In this document: positions 9,242-17,742 of the stretch, one piece after another
Numbering within the stretch: the stretch's first letter is position 1
Layout: every line of letters starts with the position of its first letter
Source of the DNA: Campylobacteraceae bacterium
Lineage (GTDB): Bacteria; Campylobacterota; Campylobacteria; Campylobacterales; JALSKU01
DNA length: 33,855 nucleotides
Direction of reading: 5' to 3'
Assembly (NCBI GenBank): GCA_015488975.1
Contig: WFMT01000201.1
Location: 1 to 33,855, forward strand
The notes under the pieces: model-generated
Seen by the model: only the letters and a program-made list of their open reading frames with translations
The model's database searches: none
Told to the model about the DNA's origin: nothing
Position numbers and translations under genes: made by a program

Positions 9242-9996
9242 CAGCAATAGTAATTTTAATAATTGTAATATTTATTTTTTATATGTTGACTAAAAATTAT
9301 AATAAATATGATTATAATCAAATAAATCCCAATAAAAAACAAAGCTTTAATGGTAATTTAAGAGACCATGAGGCTGGTCTTATCGTTTCTTTGCTGGCTA
9401 AGGTTGCAAAAGCTGATGGTAAGGTTAGTGAGCTTGAGGCTGAACTTATCTCAAATGCATTAACTGAACTTTCATCTGTTTTTGAAAATCAAGCGGAAGT
9501 TAGAGAAGAGTTAAAGAAGATATATAAAGATGAGCTTAAAACTTTTGAAAATACGATTGAAATATCTAAGAAATATTTTAATCTTACTAAAAATGATTAT
9601 TTGAAAAGATTATCAACTGTAGAATTTTTAGTCAATCTTGCATATATAGATAATGATTTTGCTAATGAAGAGTATATGATATGTGAAGATATTTCAAATA
9701 CTTTGCAAATAAAAAAAGATGATTTTAAAACTGTTATCTTAAAGTTTAAAGAATTTTATGCAAATAAATACAATAAGCAGGTAAATACTTTAGTAAATGC
9801 TTATAAGATACTTGGTGTATCAAAAAGTGATGATATGCAAATGATAAAATCAAAATATAAAAAATTAGTCAGAGAAAATCATCCTGACTTGCTTCAAGGA
9901 AGAGGAGCTAGTGAATCTATCATAGAAAAAGCAACTTCAAAGCTTCAAGAGATTAATGAAGCTTACGAAATCATAAAGAAAAGCAGAAAGTTATAG
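9238..9996 (+). CDS. djlA: Membrane-anchored TerB-domain plus J-domain co-chaperone (DjlA-like)
   Basis: 252 aa. N-terminal TM helix (AIVILIIVIFIFYML). Central TerB-like segment (LLAKVAKADGKVSELEAELI). C-terminal J domain with YKILGVSKSD and the HPD motif (ENHPDLL). A TTG start is needed to keep the TM helix. Confidence 0.68.
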   Translation: MTAIVILIIVIFIFYMLTKNYNKYDYNQINPNKKQSFNGNLRDHEAGLIVSLLAKVAKADGKVSELEAELISNALTELSSVFENQAEVREELKKIYKDELKTFENTIEISKKYFNLTKNDYLKRLSTVEFLVNLAYIDNDFANEEYMICEDISNTLQIKKDDFKTVILKFKEFYANKYNKQVNTLVNAYKILGVSKSDDMQMIKSKYKKLVRENHPDLLQGRGASESIIEKATSKLQEINEAYEIIKKSRKL

Positions 9997-10890
9997 TTTA
10001 ATACTTTTTTTTTCTGCTAAACACATGGCAAAACCTTTTTCATAGTATGCCGCTTCATTTACAAATAAGGCATAAACATCTTTTTCTTCATCATAAGATA
10101 TTATTTTACCCTCTAATGTTATAAAAAGGGGGTCGTTTTTTTGTATTTTTGTATAATCATTATCCTGTAAATTCGGGTGTATCATAGCAGTTATATTATT
10201 CTTTTTATCTCTTGGAAAATCAAGAAGTTTTATATGGTCATAAATATCAATTTCTTTATATTTTCTTTTAAGCTTACCGCAATTTGATTTTTCAAAAAAG
10301 TCTAAAATATGACTAATCAACTTCTCTGTTTCAAAAAATAGATCCGCCCGCAAAACTCCTTGCGGCACAGCTCCTACTTCTATGGCAAATCCATCTTTTG
10401 TGATAGAATTGACAAATGAAGCATCTTCCAAGTCGCCTCTCCATCTAAAAATATTAATTTTCGGTACTTTCTCTTTTAGATAAGCTGCAGCTTGCCAAGT
10501 GAGTTTAGAGTTATTATCAATGACTATGGAGAGTCCCATATTTGAAGTAGTAGAGTGCAAATCAATTATAAAATCAACATTTGTCTTTTTTGCTCCTCTT
10601 GGTCCTAACTTGACATTGATAGTTTTTGCTAAAATATCCTCATATTGATATACCTCTGTATTAAACAAATCTTTTTTGGCAAAAGATCTATTTAAATCTT
10701 TGTCTATGTATCTGGTGCATTTTTTGATAGCTTTTGGATTTGCATGCATCAGTATCGTCTTGAAACTGTCTCTTTTAACCAATTTAGGATTATTTTTGAA
10801 TTTATTTATAAGAAATACTCCAGTTAACTCATTTCCATGTGTACCACCGGTTATTGCAATTTTTCTAATTTTTCTCTTCATTTTCTTCAC
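9991..10890 (-). CDS. Aspartoacylase (AstE/AspA zinc amidohydrolase family)
   Basis: 299 aa. GGTHGNELTGVFL, KKCTRYIDKDLNRSF, DLHSTTSNMG, IEVGAVPQGVLRADL, IHPNLQDNDY and FVNEAAYYEK blocks match the aspartoacylase signature blocks as I recall them. Confidence 0.85.
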   Translation of the reverse strand: MKKMKRKIRKIAITGGTHGNELTGVFLINKFKNNPKLVKRDSFKTILMHANPKAIKKCTRYIDKDLNRSFAKKDLFNTEVYQYEDILAKTINVKLGPRGAKKTNVDFIIDLHSTTSNMGLSIVIDNNSKLTWQAAAYLKEKVPKINIFRWRGDLEDASFVNSITKDGFAIEVGAVPQGVLRADLFFETEKLISHILDFFEKSNCGKLKRKYKEIDIYDHIKLLDFPRDKKNNITAMIHPNLQDNDYTKIQKNDPLFITLEGKIISYDEEKDVYALFVNEAAYYEKGFAMCLAEKKSIKL

Positions 10891-11047
10891 TCTTTCACTT
10901 GCTTATTTTGACAAGTTTATTATATCTAAAAAAGATAGTGAATTTTATAGCAAAGTTAGCTGCCTTTGGTATTAGTACTTAAAATTTAATTGCTTTTAAT
11001 TACTTTTAGATAAAATACCGCAAATTAAAAAAAGAGAGCAACTTATT

Positions 11048-12286
11048 ATGGTTTTGACGATAGGAATAATATATTTTTTATATATATTAGTAAAAATTTA
11101 TATTTCAATAATGGAAATTGGATATGTAGCAAGAGCAAAAAATATGACTCCTGTTATACTGCCAAAACAAAAATATATAGAAGCGGCTATGTACAAAATA
11201 GCAAGTGAAAGATTAAATATGATTAGTACTTTATTTGATTATGTGCTATTTATTTTTTGGGTTGGGTATGGTTTGAGATGGCTTAACACATTGGTAAATA
11301 TAGATAATGAGCTGGTAAAATCAGTTGTTTTTATTGATCTTTTCATAATTGTAAATTATATTGTATCTTTACCCTTTGATATATATTCAAAGTTTTATCT
11401 TGATAAAAAGTTTGGTTTTAGTAATATTACTCTAAAGATATTTATAACAGATATTATCAAGCTATCTATTGTATTTTTGGTATTTGGTTCATTGGTCATA
11501 TTTGGAATTAGTTATATTATAGAAACATTTAAGCTTTGGTGGTTTTGGGGTTTTGTTTTTATATATCTTATCATAATTGGGGTAAATATCATATATCCAA
11601 CCTTTATAGCCCCACTTTTTAATAAATTTATTCCACTTGAAAATGAAGATTTAAAAAAGTCTATTGAAAAACTTATGTCTCAGGCAGGATTAAAAAGTAG
11701 TGGAATTTTTACGATGGATGCCAGTAAAAGAGATAACAGACTCAATGCATATTTTGGTGGACTTGGGAGTTCTAAAAGAGTAGTTTTGTTTGATACATTG
11801 ATCAAAAAACTTACAAAAAATGAACTATTGTCAGTTTTAGGGCATGAACTTGGGCATTTTAAACATAAAGATATAATCAAAAATATATTGATTATGGGAG
11901 TACTTCTTTTTTTAATTTTTGCTATTTTTGGTAATTTGCCAGAGTCACTTTTTCTATCTTTTGGATTGCAAAAAACAGCTTTTTCAGTCATAGCATTTTT
12001 CCTACTACTCTCTCCGATAGTAGCATTTATTTTTATGCCGGTAATGGGAGTACTTAGCAGATCAAATGAGTATGCCGCTGATGAATATGGAAGCAAATGC
12101 GAGAGTAAACAAACTTTAGCTAATGCACTTGAAAAACTTGCAAATGAAAACAAAAGTTTTCCAGTGTCTCATCCTTTGTATATATTTTTTTATTTTACTC
12201 ATCCGCCTCTTGTGGAAAGATTAAAAAGACTTGGAAAAAATTATAATGATTCAAATATGGCTTTAAAAGAAAATTGTGAGATATAA
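11048..12286 (+). CDS. M48-family (Ste24-type) integral-membrane zinc metalloprotease
   Basis: 412 aa. Multiple N-terminal TM helices. HELGHFKH zincin motif and a downstream E (NEYAADEYG). C-terminal HPPLVERL. Confidence 0.85.
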   Translation: MVLTIGIIYFLYILVKIYISIMEIGYVARAKNMTPVILPKQKYIEAAMYKIASERLNMISTLFDYVLFIFWVGYGLRWLNTLVNIDNELVKSVVFIDLFIIVNYIVSLPFDIYSKFYLDKKFGFSNITLKIFITDIIKLSIVFLVFGSLVIFGISYIIETFKLWWFWGFVFIYLIIIGVNIIYPTFIAPLFNKFIPLENEDLKKSIEKLMSQAGLKSSGIFTMDASKRDNRLNAYFGGLGSSKRVVLFDTLIKKLTKNELLSVLGHELGHFKHKDIIKNILIMGVLLFLIFAIFGNLPESLFLSFGLQKTAFSVIAFFLLLSPIVAFIFMPVMGVLSRSNEYAADEYGSKCESKQTLANALEKLANENKSFPVSHPLYIFFYFTHPPLVERLKRLGKNYNDSNMALKENCEI

Positions 12287-13127
12287 AGTGGACAAAAATG
12301 ATACTTCTCTTAGCATAAAACAAGCTCTTAAACTTGCTTCCAGTATGCTTTTGAAAGTTACACAATATCCAAAAAAAGAAGCCTTAATATTATTGTCATA
12401 CTTCCTTTGTAAAGATGAAGTATGGCTATTTTTACATGAAGACTCTAAGATTAAAAATAGTGATGGGTATTTTAATCTTATAAAAAGAAGGGCAAATGAA
12501 GAACCGATTGAATATATCACTAAAAAAGTCAGCTTTTATTCAGAAGAATTTTTTATAGACTATGGAGCACTGATACCTCGCCCGGAGACTGAACTGCTTG
12601 TGGATGAAGTTATAAAATTAGCAAAGAATTTTAAAAAAGAAATAAATATATCTGAGATAGGAATTGGAAGCGGTATTATAAGTATAATGCTTGCAAAAAA
12701 TATAAAAAATTCTAAAATTACGGCAACCGATACATCAATAAAAGCGATCGAAATAGCAAAAAAAAATATAGAAAAATTTAGCTTCTTAGATAAAATAAAG
12801 GTATTTAACAGCTCTTATCTTGATTGTGTTGAAGAAAAAATTGATATTATTGTATCAAATCCTCCTTATGTGGCAAATGATTATGAAGTTGAAAAGCCAC
12901 TTCATTATGAGCCTAAAGAAGCGATATTTGCAGGAGAAGAGGGTGATGAAATATTAAAAAATATTATACATGTTGCAAAGAAAAAAAAGGTAAAGTATTT
13001 GGCTTGTGAGATTGGATATAATCAAAAAGATAGTATTGTAGAGTTATTGGATAAACTTTCTTTTGGTGAATATTATTTTTATAAAGATTTGTCTGGATTT
13101 GATAGAGGTTTTGTAGTAAGTACCTAA
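12276..13127 (+). CDS. prmC: Peptide chain release factor N5-glutamine methyltransferase
   Basis: 283 aa. EPIEYITKK, LIPRPETE, SAM motif EIGIGSGII and catalytic SNPPYV. GTG start (12276 or 12288) overlaps the M48 gene end. Confidence 0.85.
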   Translation: MRYKVDKNDTSLSIKQALKLASSMLLKVTQYPKKEALILLSYFLCKDEVWLFLHEDSKIKNSDGYFNLIKRRANEEPIEYITKKVSFYSEEFFIDYGALIPRPETELLVDEVIKLAKNFKKEINISEIGIGSGIISIMLAKNIKNSKITATDTSIKAIEIAKKNIEKFSFLDKIKVFNSSYLDCVEEKIDIIVSNPPYVANDYEVEKPLHYEPKEAIFAGEEGDEILKNIIHVAKKKKVKYLACEIGYNQKDSIVELLDKLSFGEYYFYKDLSGFDRGFVVST

Positions 13128-13170
13128 CCAGAAATAACACCAATTAATTGGTGTTATTTCTGGTTAGGTA
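13121..13170. repeat. Perfect 50-bp palindrome (two abutting 25-nt arms)
   Basis: TACCTAACCAGAAATAACACCAATT / AATTGGTGTTATTTCTGGTTAGGTA. I checked the reverse complement base by base and found no mismatch. It covers the last two prmC codons and the TAA stop. It ends 6 nt before the AAGGAG Shine-Dalgarno of the next gene. Confidence 0.95.
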
Positions 13171-13187
13171 ATTAAAAGGAGATTGTA

Positions 13188-13673
13188 ATGTATGACAAAG
13201 GGCATATTAAAAAATGGATATTTGATTTTTATATTATTTTATTGGGTTTGAGTATAGGAAGTATTTTTGCTCTTGGTATATTTGTAGCTCCGGTTGTTTT
13301 TGTACCATCGCCAATTCTTGGAAATGGAGTCTTGAGTCAATTTCAAAGCGGTCTTTTAATGAGTAAGATTTTTTTACATTTTAATTATCTTTTAGGCTTT
13401 ACTGGGATTTTTATTCTTTTTTATGAATTTAAAGCATTTTTTTCTCTTGATAAAGATAAGATTAGCTTTTTTATAGCTATTTTAGTTATATACTGTATAG
13501 GATTGTTTGTACTTTATTATACACCTTATATAATACAGGCACAATCCCAAATGCAGACTCAAACAAGTGGATTTGAGGCGATGCATAAGGGGAGCGAATT
13601 GGATTTTAAGATTCTTTTAGTATCTCTTGTCGGATTGATGTGGAGGCGTCTTGTTAAAAGAGAAAGTTTGTGA
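13188..13673 (+). CDS. Four-TM integral membrane protein (possibly DUF4149/TMEM205-like)
   Basis: 161 aa. Four hydrophobic segments. Strong AAGGAG Shine-Dalgarno 7 nt upstream of the ATG. The family assignment is from memory and is tentative. Confidence 0.6.
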   Translation: MYDKGHIKKWIFDFYIILLGLSIGSIFALGIFVAPVVFVPSPILGNGVLSQFQSGLLMSKIFLHFNYLLGFTGIFILFYEFKAFFSLDKDKISFFIAILVIYCIGLFVLYYTPYIIQAQSQMQTQTSGFEAMHKGSELDFKILLVSLVGLMWRRLVKRESL

Positions 13674-13714
13674 TTAAATATCTCGAGCATCTTAAAAGAT
13701 ACCCGAGAGGATCA

Positions 13715-14839
13715 TTAATCCATTTGATTTCTAATAAAAGTAGGGATTTCCAGCAAATCTTCTTGATGCTCATATCCACCACTTACTTTTTTAAGTCTTG
13801 CGATTCTATCTTTTCTTAATTCTTCATTTGGATCAACAAGTGTCAAATTTTCCTGTTTTTCTTTTTCACTTTCAAAACCTGTTGCCACAATGGTAATTTT
13901 GACTTTATTTTCCGGCATATCCTCATTTGTAGTTGTTCCAAATATGACATGTGCATCTTCGTCCGCATTATCATAAACGATTCCCATAGCATCACTTATC
14001 TGACTTAACGGACAGTTTGGATGAATATTAAAATGTATCAACACACCAAGAGCTCCATTTATGCTCATATTATCAAGCAATGGCGATTCTATGGCATTTT
14101 TCATAGCTTCAACAGCTGCATCTTCACCTTCAAATTCTCCTACTCCAAGAAGTGCCATGCCTCTATGGCTCATTACAGTTTGTACATCTGCAAAGTCCAG
14201 GTTTATATCATTATTGCCATAAGAAAGCACAACTGAACTCATGCCTCCTACAGCTCGACTTAGAATATTATCAACTATTTTAAAACTATCTTTTATTCCG
14301 AGGGATTTGTCTATGATGCTTAAGAGCTTGTCATTTGGTATTACAACTATTGAGTCACTCTCTTTTTTAAGTTCTTTCAAGCCTTCTTCTGCCATCTTTG
14401 TTCTTCTTCTGCCTTCAAACATAAATGGCTTAGTTACAACTGAAACTGTCAATGCTCCAATCTCCTTGGCCGCCTGTGCGATAACAGGAGCAGCACCCGT
14501 ACCGGTTCCTCCGCCAAAACCTGATGCTATAAATACAATATCAGCATTTTCCAAAGAGCTTCTTATCTCTTCATAATTTTCAAGTGCAGACTCTTTTCCC
14601 ACTTCAGGATTCATACCAGCACCCAAACCTTTTGTCCTTTTTTCACCCAATTGTATTTTTGTAGGAGCAAGTGATGAGTCAAGAGCCTGAGCATCTGTGT
14701 TTGCAACTATTAAGTCGATACCGCTAACACCTTCACTTATCATGTGGTTTATCATATTGCCACCACCTCCACCTACTCCTACTACCTTTATACAGGCTCC
14801 GGCTATTCGCTTTGACTCTTCTACTTTAAAATCATCCAT
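13715..14839 (-). CDS. ftsZ: Cell division GTPase FtsZ
   Basis: 374 aa. Tubulin signature GGGTGTGAAPVIA, NTDAQAL, and the conserved C-terminal peptide LEIPTFIRNQ. GAGGAG Shine-Dalgarno upstream. Confidence 0.97.
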   Translation of the reverse strand: MDDFKVEESKRIAGACIKVVGVGGGGGNMINHMISEGVSGIDLIVANTDAQALDSSLAPTKIQLGEKRTKGLGAGMNPEVGKESALENYEEIRSSLENADIVFIASGFGGGTGTGAAPVIAQAAKEIGALTVSVVTKPFMFEGRRRTKMAEEGLKELKKESDSIVVIPNDKLLSIIDKSLGIKDSFKIVDNILSRAVGGMSSVVLSYGNNDINLDFADVQTVMSHRGMALLGVGEFEGEDAAVEAMKNAIESPLLDNMSINGALGVLIHFNIHPNCPLSQISDAMGIVYDNADEDAHVIFGTTTNEDMPENKVKITIVATGFESEKEKQENLTLVDPNEELRKDRIARLKKVSGGYEHQEDLLEIPTFIRNQMD

Positions 14840-14849
14840 TAATCGCTCC

Positions 14850-16199
14850 TCAAAATAGTTGTGTTATCATATTCCAAAATCTTGATAATCTTTCTTTTAA
14901 ATCGTTTTCTTTTTTTATCTTTTTTATCTTTATAATCTTATCTTTTTCTGGTTGTTTTTCAATTTTTATATCATTTATATCTTCCATTGTATTTCGCAGG
15001 TGTGTAGGTGATTCTATAATTTCATTTTTATATCTTAGTTTTTTATTTGAATCTATTTCGTATGGAGTAAAATGACCTCCACCATATAGAACCAATCCAA
15101 TGCCTGTTGAATATATAGGATCTTTAAGAGTTTCGACAATACCGTCTATTTTTTTAGGTTTGGCTATTCTAATAGGCATGTTATCAAAAATAGCCACTGA
15201 GAGTTCTCTTAATCCATCTATCTTTGTAAAACCTCCCGTAAGTACAATCCCCGCTCCAATTTGATCTTTAAATCCACTCTCATCAATAGATTTTGCAAGT
15301 ATCATTAATGTCTCTTCAACTCTCGCATATATAACATTTGAAACAATTTCCAAAGAAACTTCATTTGTATTGTTATCATCCCCGATAACTGGAAGCTCTA
15401 TCAATTCACTACTGATTTTTTTCAATGATCCATGTTTTATTTTTACATTTTCAGCATTACTAAGTGGTGTATGTAGTGCCATTGATAAGTCATTTGTGAT
15501 ATTGTTTGACCCTACTGCCAAAAAATCATTGTATCTGATGCTGTTTCCTGAATTTATGCTCAAGTCACAAGTCGCTCCACCTATATCTATAACTCCGACA
15601 CCCAACTCTTTTTCATCTTCATTTAAAACAGCTATACTTGAAGCATATCCGTTTAACACGATATTATCAATCTGAATACCGGCTAATTCAACTGCCTTTT
15701 TTAAATTGTTTAGGGCTGATTTTTGTGCAGTTATTATATGAACATGGACTTCAAGTCTATTTCCATTCATGCCCAAAGGATCATCAATATATTCTTGGTT
15801 GTCAACTTTAAAATTATACGGCAATACATGAATTCTTTCAAACTCTTGAGGTATGTTTGCATTATGATCAGCCATCATCATAGCTCTGTTTATCTCTTTT
15901 ATTCCTATCTCGTTACCCGGTATATTTACTACTCCGTAACTCTCAACACTTTTTGTATAAGCACCTGATATAGATACAATAACCCTGTCTATGTTTGTTC
16001 CTGCAACTTTTTTAGCTTCGCTTAGTGCTTCTTTTATAGAGTTCGATGCTAGCTCGATATTTGTAATAATTCCCTTTTTTATACCTTTTGATTTTGATAA
16101 ACCGCTACCAACGATTTTTAAAGAATCATTATTGCTTTCGGCGATAATGGCACATATTTTTGAAGAACCAATATCAATGCCTAAAATAGTTCTGCTCAA
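14850..16199 (-). CDS. ftsA: Cell division protein FtsA
   Basis: 449 aa. Actin-fold phosphate-1 motif LGIDIGSSKICAII, GVIDIGGATCD and VLTGGFTKIDG. Lys-rich linker, then a C-terminal amphipathic membrane-targeting helix (LSRFWNMITQLF). The TTG start directly abuts the ppiD-like stop, with an AAGGA 6 nt upstream. Confidence 0.93.
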   Translation of the reverse strand: MSRTILGIDIGSSKICAIIAESNNDSLKIVGSGLSKSKGIKKGIITNIELASNSIKEALSEAKKVAGTNIDRVIVSISGAYTKSVESYGVVNIPGNEIGIKEINRAMMMADHNANIPQEFERIHVLPYNFKVDNQEYIDDPLGMNGNRLEVHVHIITAQKSALNNLKKAVELAGIQIDNIVLNGYASSIAVLNEDEKELGVGVIDIGGATCDLSINSGNSIRYNDFLAVGSNNITNDLSMALHTPLSNAENVKIKHGSLKKISSELIELPVIGDDNNTNEVSLEIVSNVIYARVEETLMILAKSIDESGFKDQIGAGIVLTGGFTKIDGLRELSVAIFDNMPIRIAKPKKIDGIVETLKDPIYSTGIGLVLYGGGHFTPYEIDSNKKLRYKNEIIESPTHLRNTMEDINDIKIEKQPEKDKIIKIKKIKKENDLKERLSRFWNMITQLF

Positions 16200-17663
16200 C
16201 TATTGTCCTTTATAAAAACTTTCTATTTTGTATTTATTTCTCAAAATGCTTAAGAGCTTCCTGTTTATTTCAGCTATTTTTGCATTTTTTACATTATCAT
16301 TTAGCAACTTGCTATATGTTTTAAGCTTACTTTTATCAAGCAATTTTTGTTCCATTATTTTGTAAACAATCGCCTTGTTTCCAAATATTTTGTAGCCTTG
16401 TCTCGCACTTGAGTTGAATACTTGATTTAAAAATTCTACTGCTTCAATTTCGTTTAAGCCTTGTACATTTTTTATATCATCTCTGCTTACAAAGCCTATG
16501 TTTATCCCATCATTAAATGTTTTTAATACTTGTTTTGCATTATTTGACAAATATCTATCTCTAAGAACTTTTATATAATCTTGCTTGACTAGATTTTTTG
16601 CATTTTGAAATGTCATGGGTCTTGGTAAATTAACTTTATCTAATTTTGCAACTATATATTCTCCATTGCTTTTAAATGGCTTTAAAATGTTCCCTATATT
16701 TGATCTGTTCAATATTTTTTGAGGAAAATTATTATTATTTACTTTGACAATTATTGTATCGGTTGCTTTGATTTTACCATTTCTTAAAGCTAAATATTTT
16801 TTAAGTGCGGATAATTTTCCTTTTTGAAATTGCAAATCTTGTATAACTCTGTTTTTGGCAGCATCAAAACTTAGTATCTTGCCATCAGTGCCTGTGTATG
16901 AATATTTATGTAATTTGTAAAACTCTTTTGTTTCATTTGCATCAACTTTTATAAAAGCAACAGGTACTTTTATTATCGAGAGTTTATATGATTTTTTTGT
17001 AATATATGACTCTTTTCTTTTTTTCCAGAATTTTTTTAATTCATTTTCATTTACAGTTAAATTTGGTAAGTTTGCCTTAACAATCTTAATCATTAACTTA
17101 TCTTGCATAAATATTGAAGCTCCAAAAGTTTTAACTTCAAGAGGAGTTGGTGAAAGATGAAGTATATTGTTTATTTTATTTAATGTTATCTCTTTTCTGA
17201 TAGAGCTTTCATAGTCTTTTGGAGTAATTTGAATATTTCTTAAAACTCTAAAATACTGATCTTTATCAAAAACTCCATTATGTTGAAAAGCTTTAGTGTT
17301 TTCAAGAGCATTTTCAACTTCAATATTAAGTGTTTTTAAACCAAGTTCACTTGCATAATTAAGTATAAGTGCTTCATCTATAAGCTGATTTAAAGCTATC
17401 TTTTGCAGTCCAAGTTTTTTAGCCTGCTCGTTGGTTAAAGCACCTTTTGTTTTTTGTTGATAGTAGTTAAATATATTTGAATATGCAGTATTTAACTCTT
17501 TTATAGTTATTTTTTGATTTCCGACAAGTGCCACCGCCTGAGATCTTTTTGTATTGTAACTGTAAGCTCCCCAGCCAACAAAACCGGCACCTACGAAAGC
17601 GATAGTACTTATCCAAATAGTAACAACAAGGTATTTTCTGTGTTTTTGCATCCATGTAATCAT
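16200..17663 (-). CDS. PpiD-like periplasmic chaperone (SurA N-terminal domain / PPIase family)
   Basis: 487 aa. N-terminal MITWMQKHRKYLVVTIWISTIAFVGAGFVGWG anchor, typical of PpiD. The position upstream of ftsA-ftsZ matches the epsilonproteobacterial arrangement as I recall it. Confidence 0.75.
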   Translation of the reverse strand: MITWMQKHRKYLVVTIWISTIAFVGAGFVGWGAYSYNTKRSQAVALVGNQKITIKELNTAYSNIFNYYQQKTKGALTNEQAKKLGLQKIALNQLIDEALILNYASELGLKTLNIEVENALENTKAFQHNGVFDKDQYFRVLRNIQITPKDYESSIRKEITLNKINNILHLSPTPLEVKTFGASIFMQDKLMIKIVKANLPNLTVNENELKKFWKKRKESYITKKSYKLSIIKVPVAFIKVDANETKEFYKLHKYSYTGTDGKILSFDAAKNRVIQDLQFQKGKLSALKKYLALRNGKIKATDTIIVKVNNNNFPQKILNRSNIGNILKPFKSNGEYIVAKLDKVNLPRPMTFQNAKNLVKQDYIKVLRDRYLSNNAKQVLKTFNDGINIGFVSRDDIKNVQGLNEIEAVEFLNQVFNSSARQGYKIFGNKAIVYKIMEQKLLDKSKLKTYSKLLNDNVKNAKIAEINRKLLSILRNKYKIESFYKGQ

Positions 17664-17693
17664 TGATAATCCTCAATCCATAATAATTTTAGG

Positions 17694-17699
17694 TATAAT
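17694..17699 (+). promoter_or_regulatory. Candidate -10 box (TATAAT) for bioA
   Basis: Perfect TATAAT 43 nt upstream of ATG 17743, in the 79-bp divergent spacer between the ppiD-like gene and bioA. Candidate only. Confidence 0.33.
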
Positions 17700-17742
17700 T
17701 CTATTTAAATTGTTATTAATTTACGATGAAACAGGGAAAAAA

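Noticed and set aside
11680-12153. 157-aa ORF antisense to the M48 protease gene. Similar long antisense ORFs lie at 8125-8532, 24099-24449, 14241-14576 and 22950-23246.
   Set aside because: They lie entirely inside well-supported genes on the opposite strand. Their S/L/F/I-rich low-complexity composition is what the reverse complement of K/E/I-rich codons produces. They lack Shine-Dalgarno sequences and recognisable motifs. These are shadow ORFs.
13121-13673. Whether the 4-TM membrane protein gene downstream of the palindrome is an integron-type gene cassette bounded by attC sites.
   Set aside because: No second attC-like palindrome follows the gene. The 13674-13714 spacer has only a weak hairpin and no GTTRRRY core. 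No integrase is in the window, and the gene shares codon usage with its neighbours. The attC resemblance is kept only as a low-probability hypothesis for the palindrome itself.
13681-13708. Possible bidirectional terminator hairpin between the convergent membrane-protein gene and ftsZ (TCTCGAGCATC TTAAAA GATACCCGAGA).
   Set aside because: Only 5 + 1 + 3 base pairs with two internal mismatches, and no U-tract on either strand. Too weak to call.
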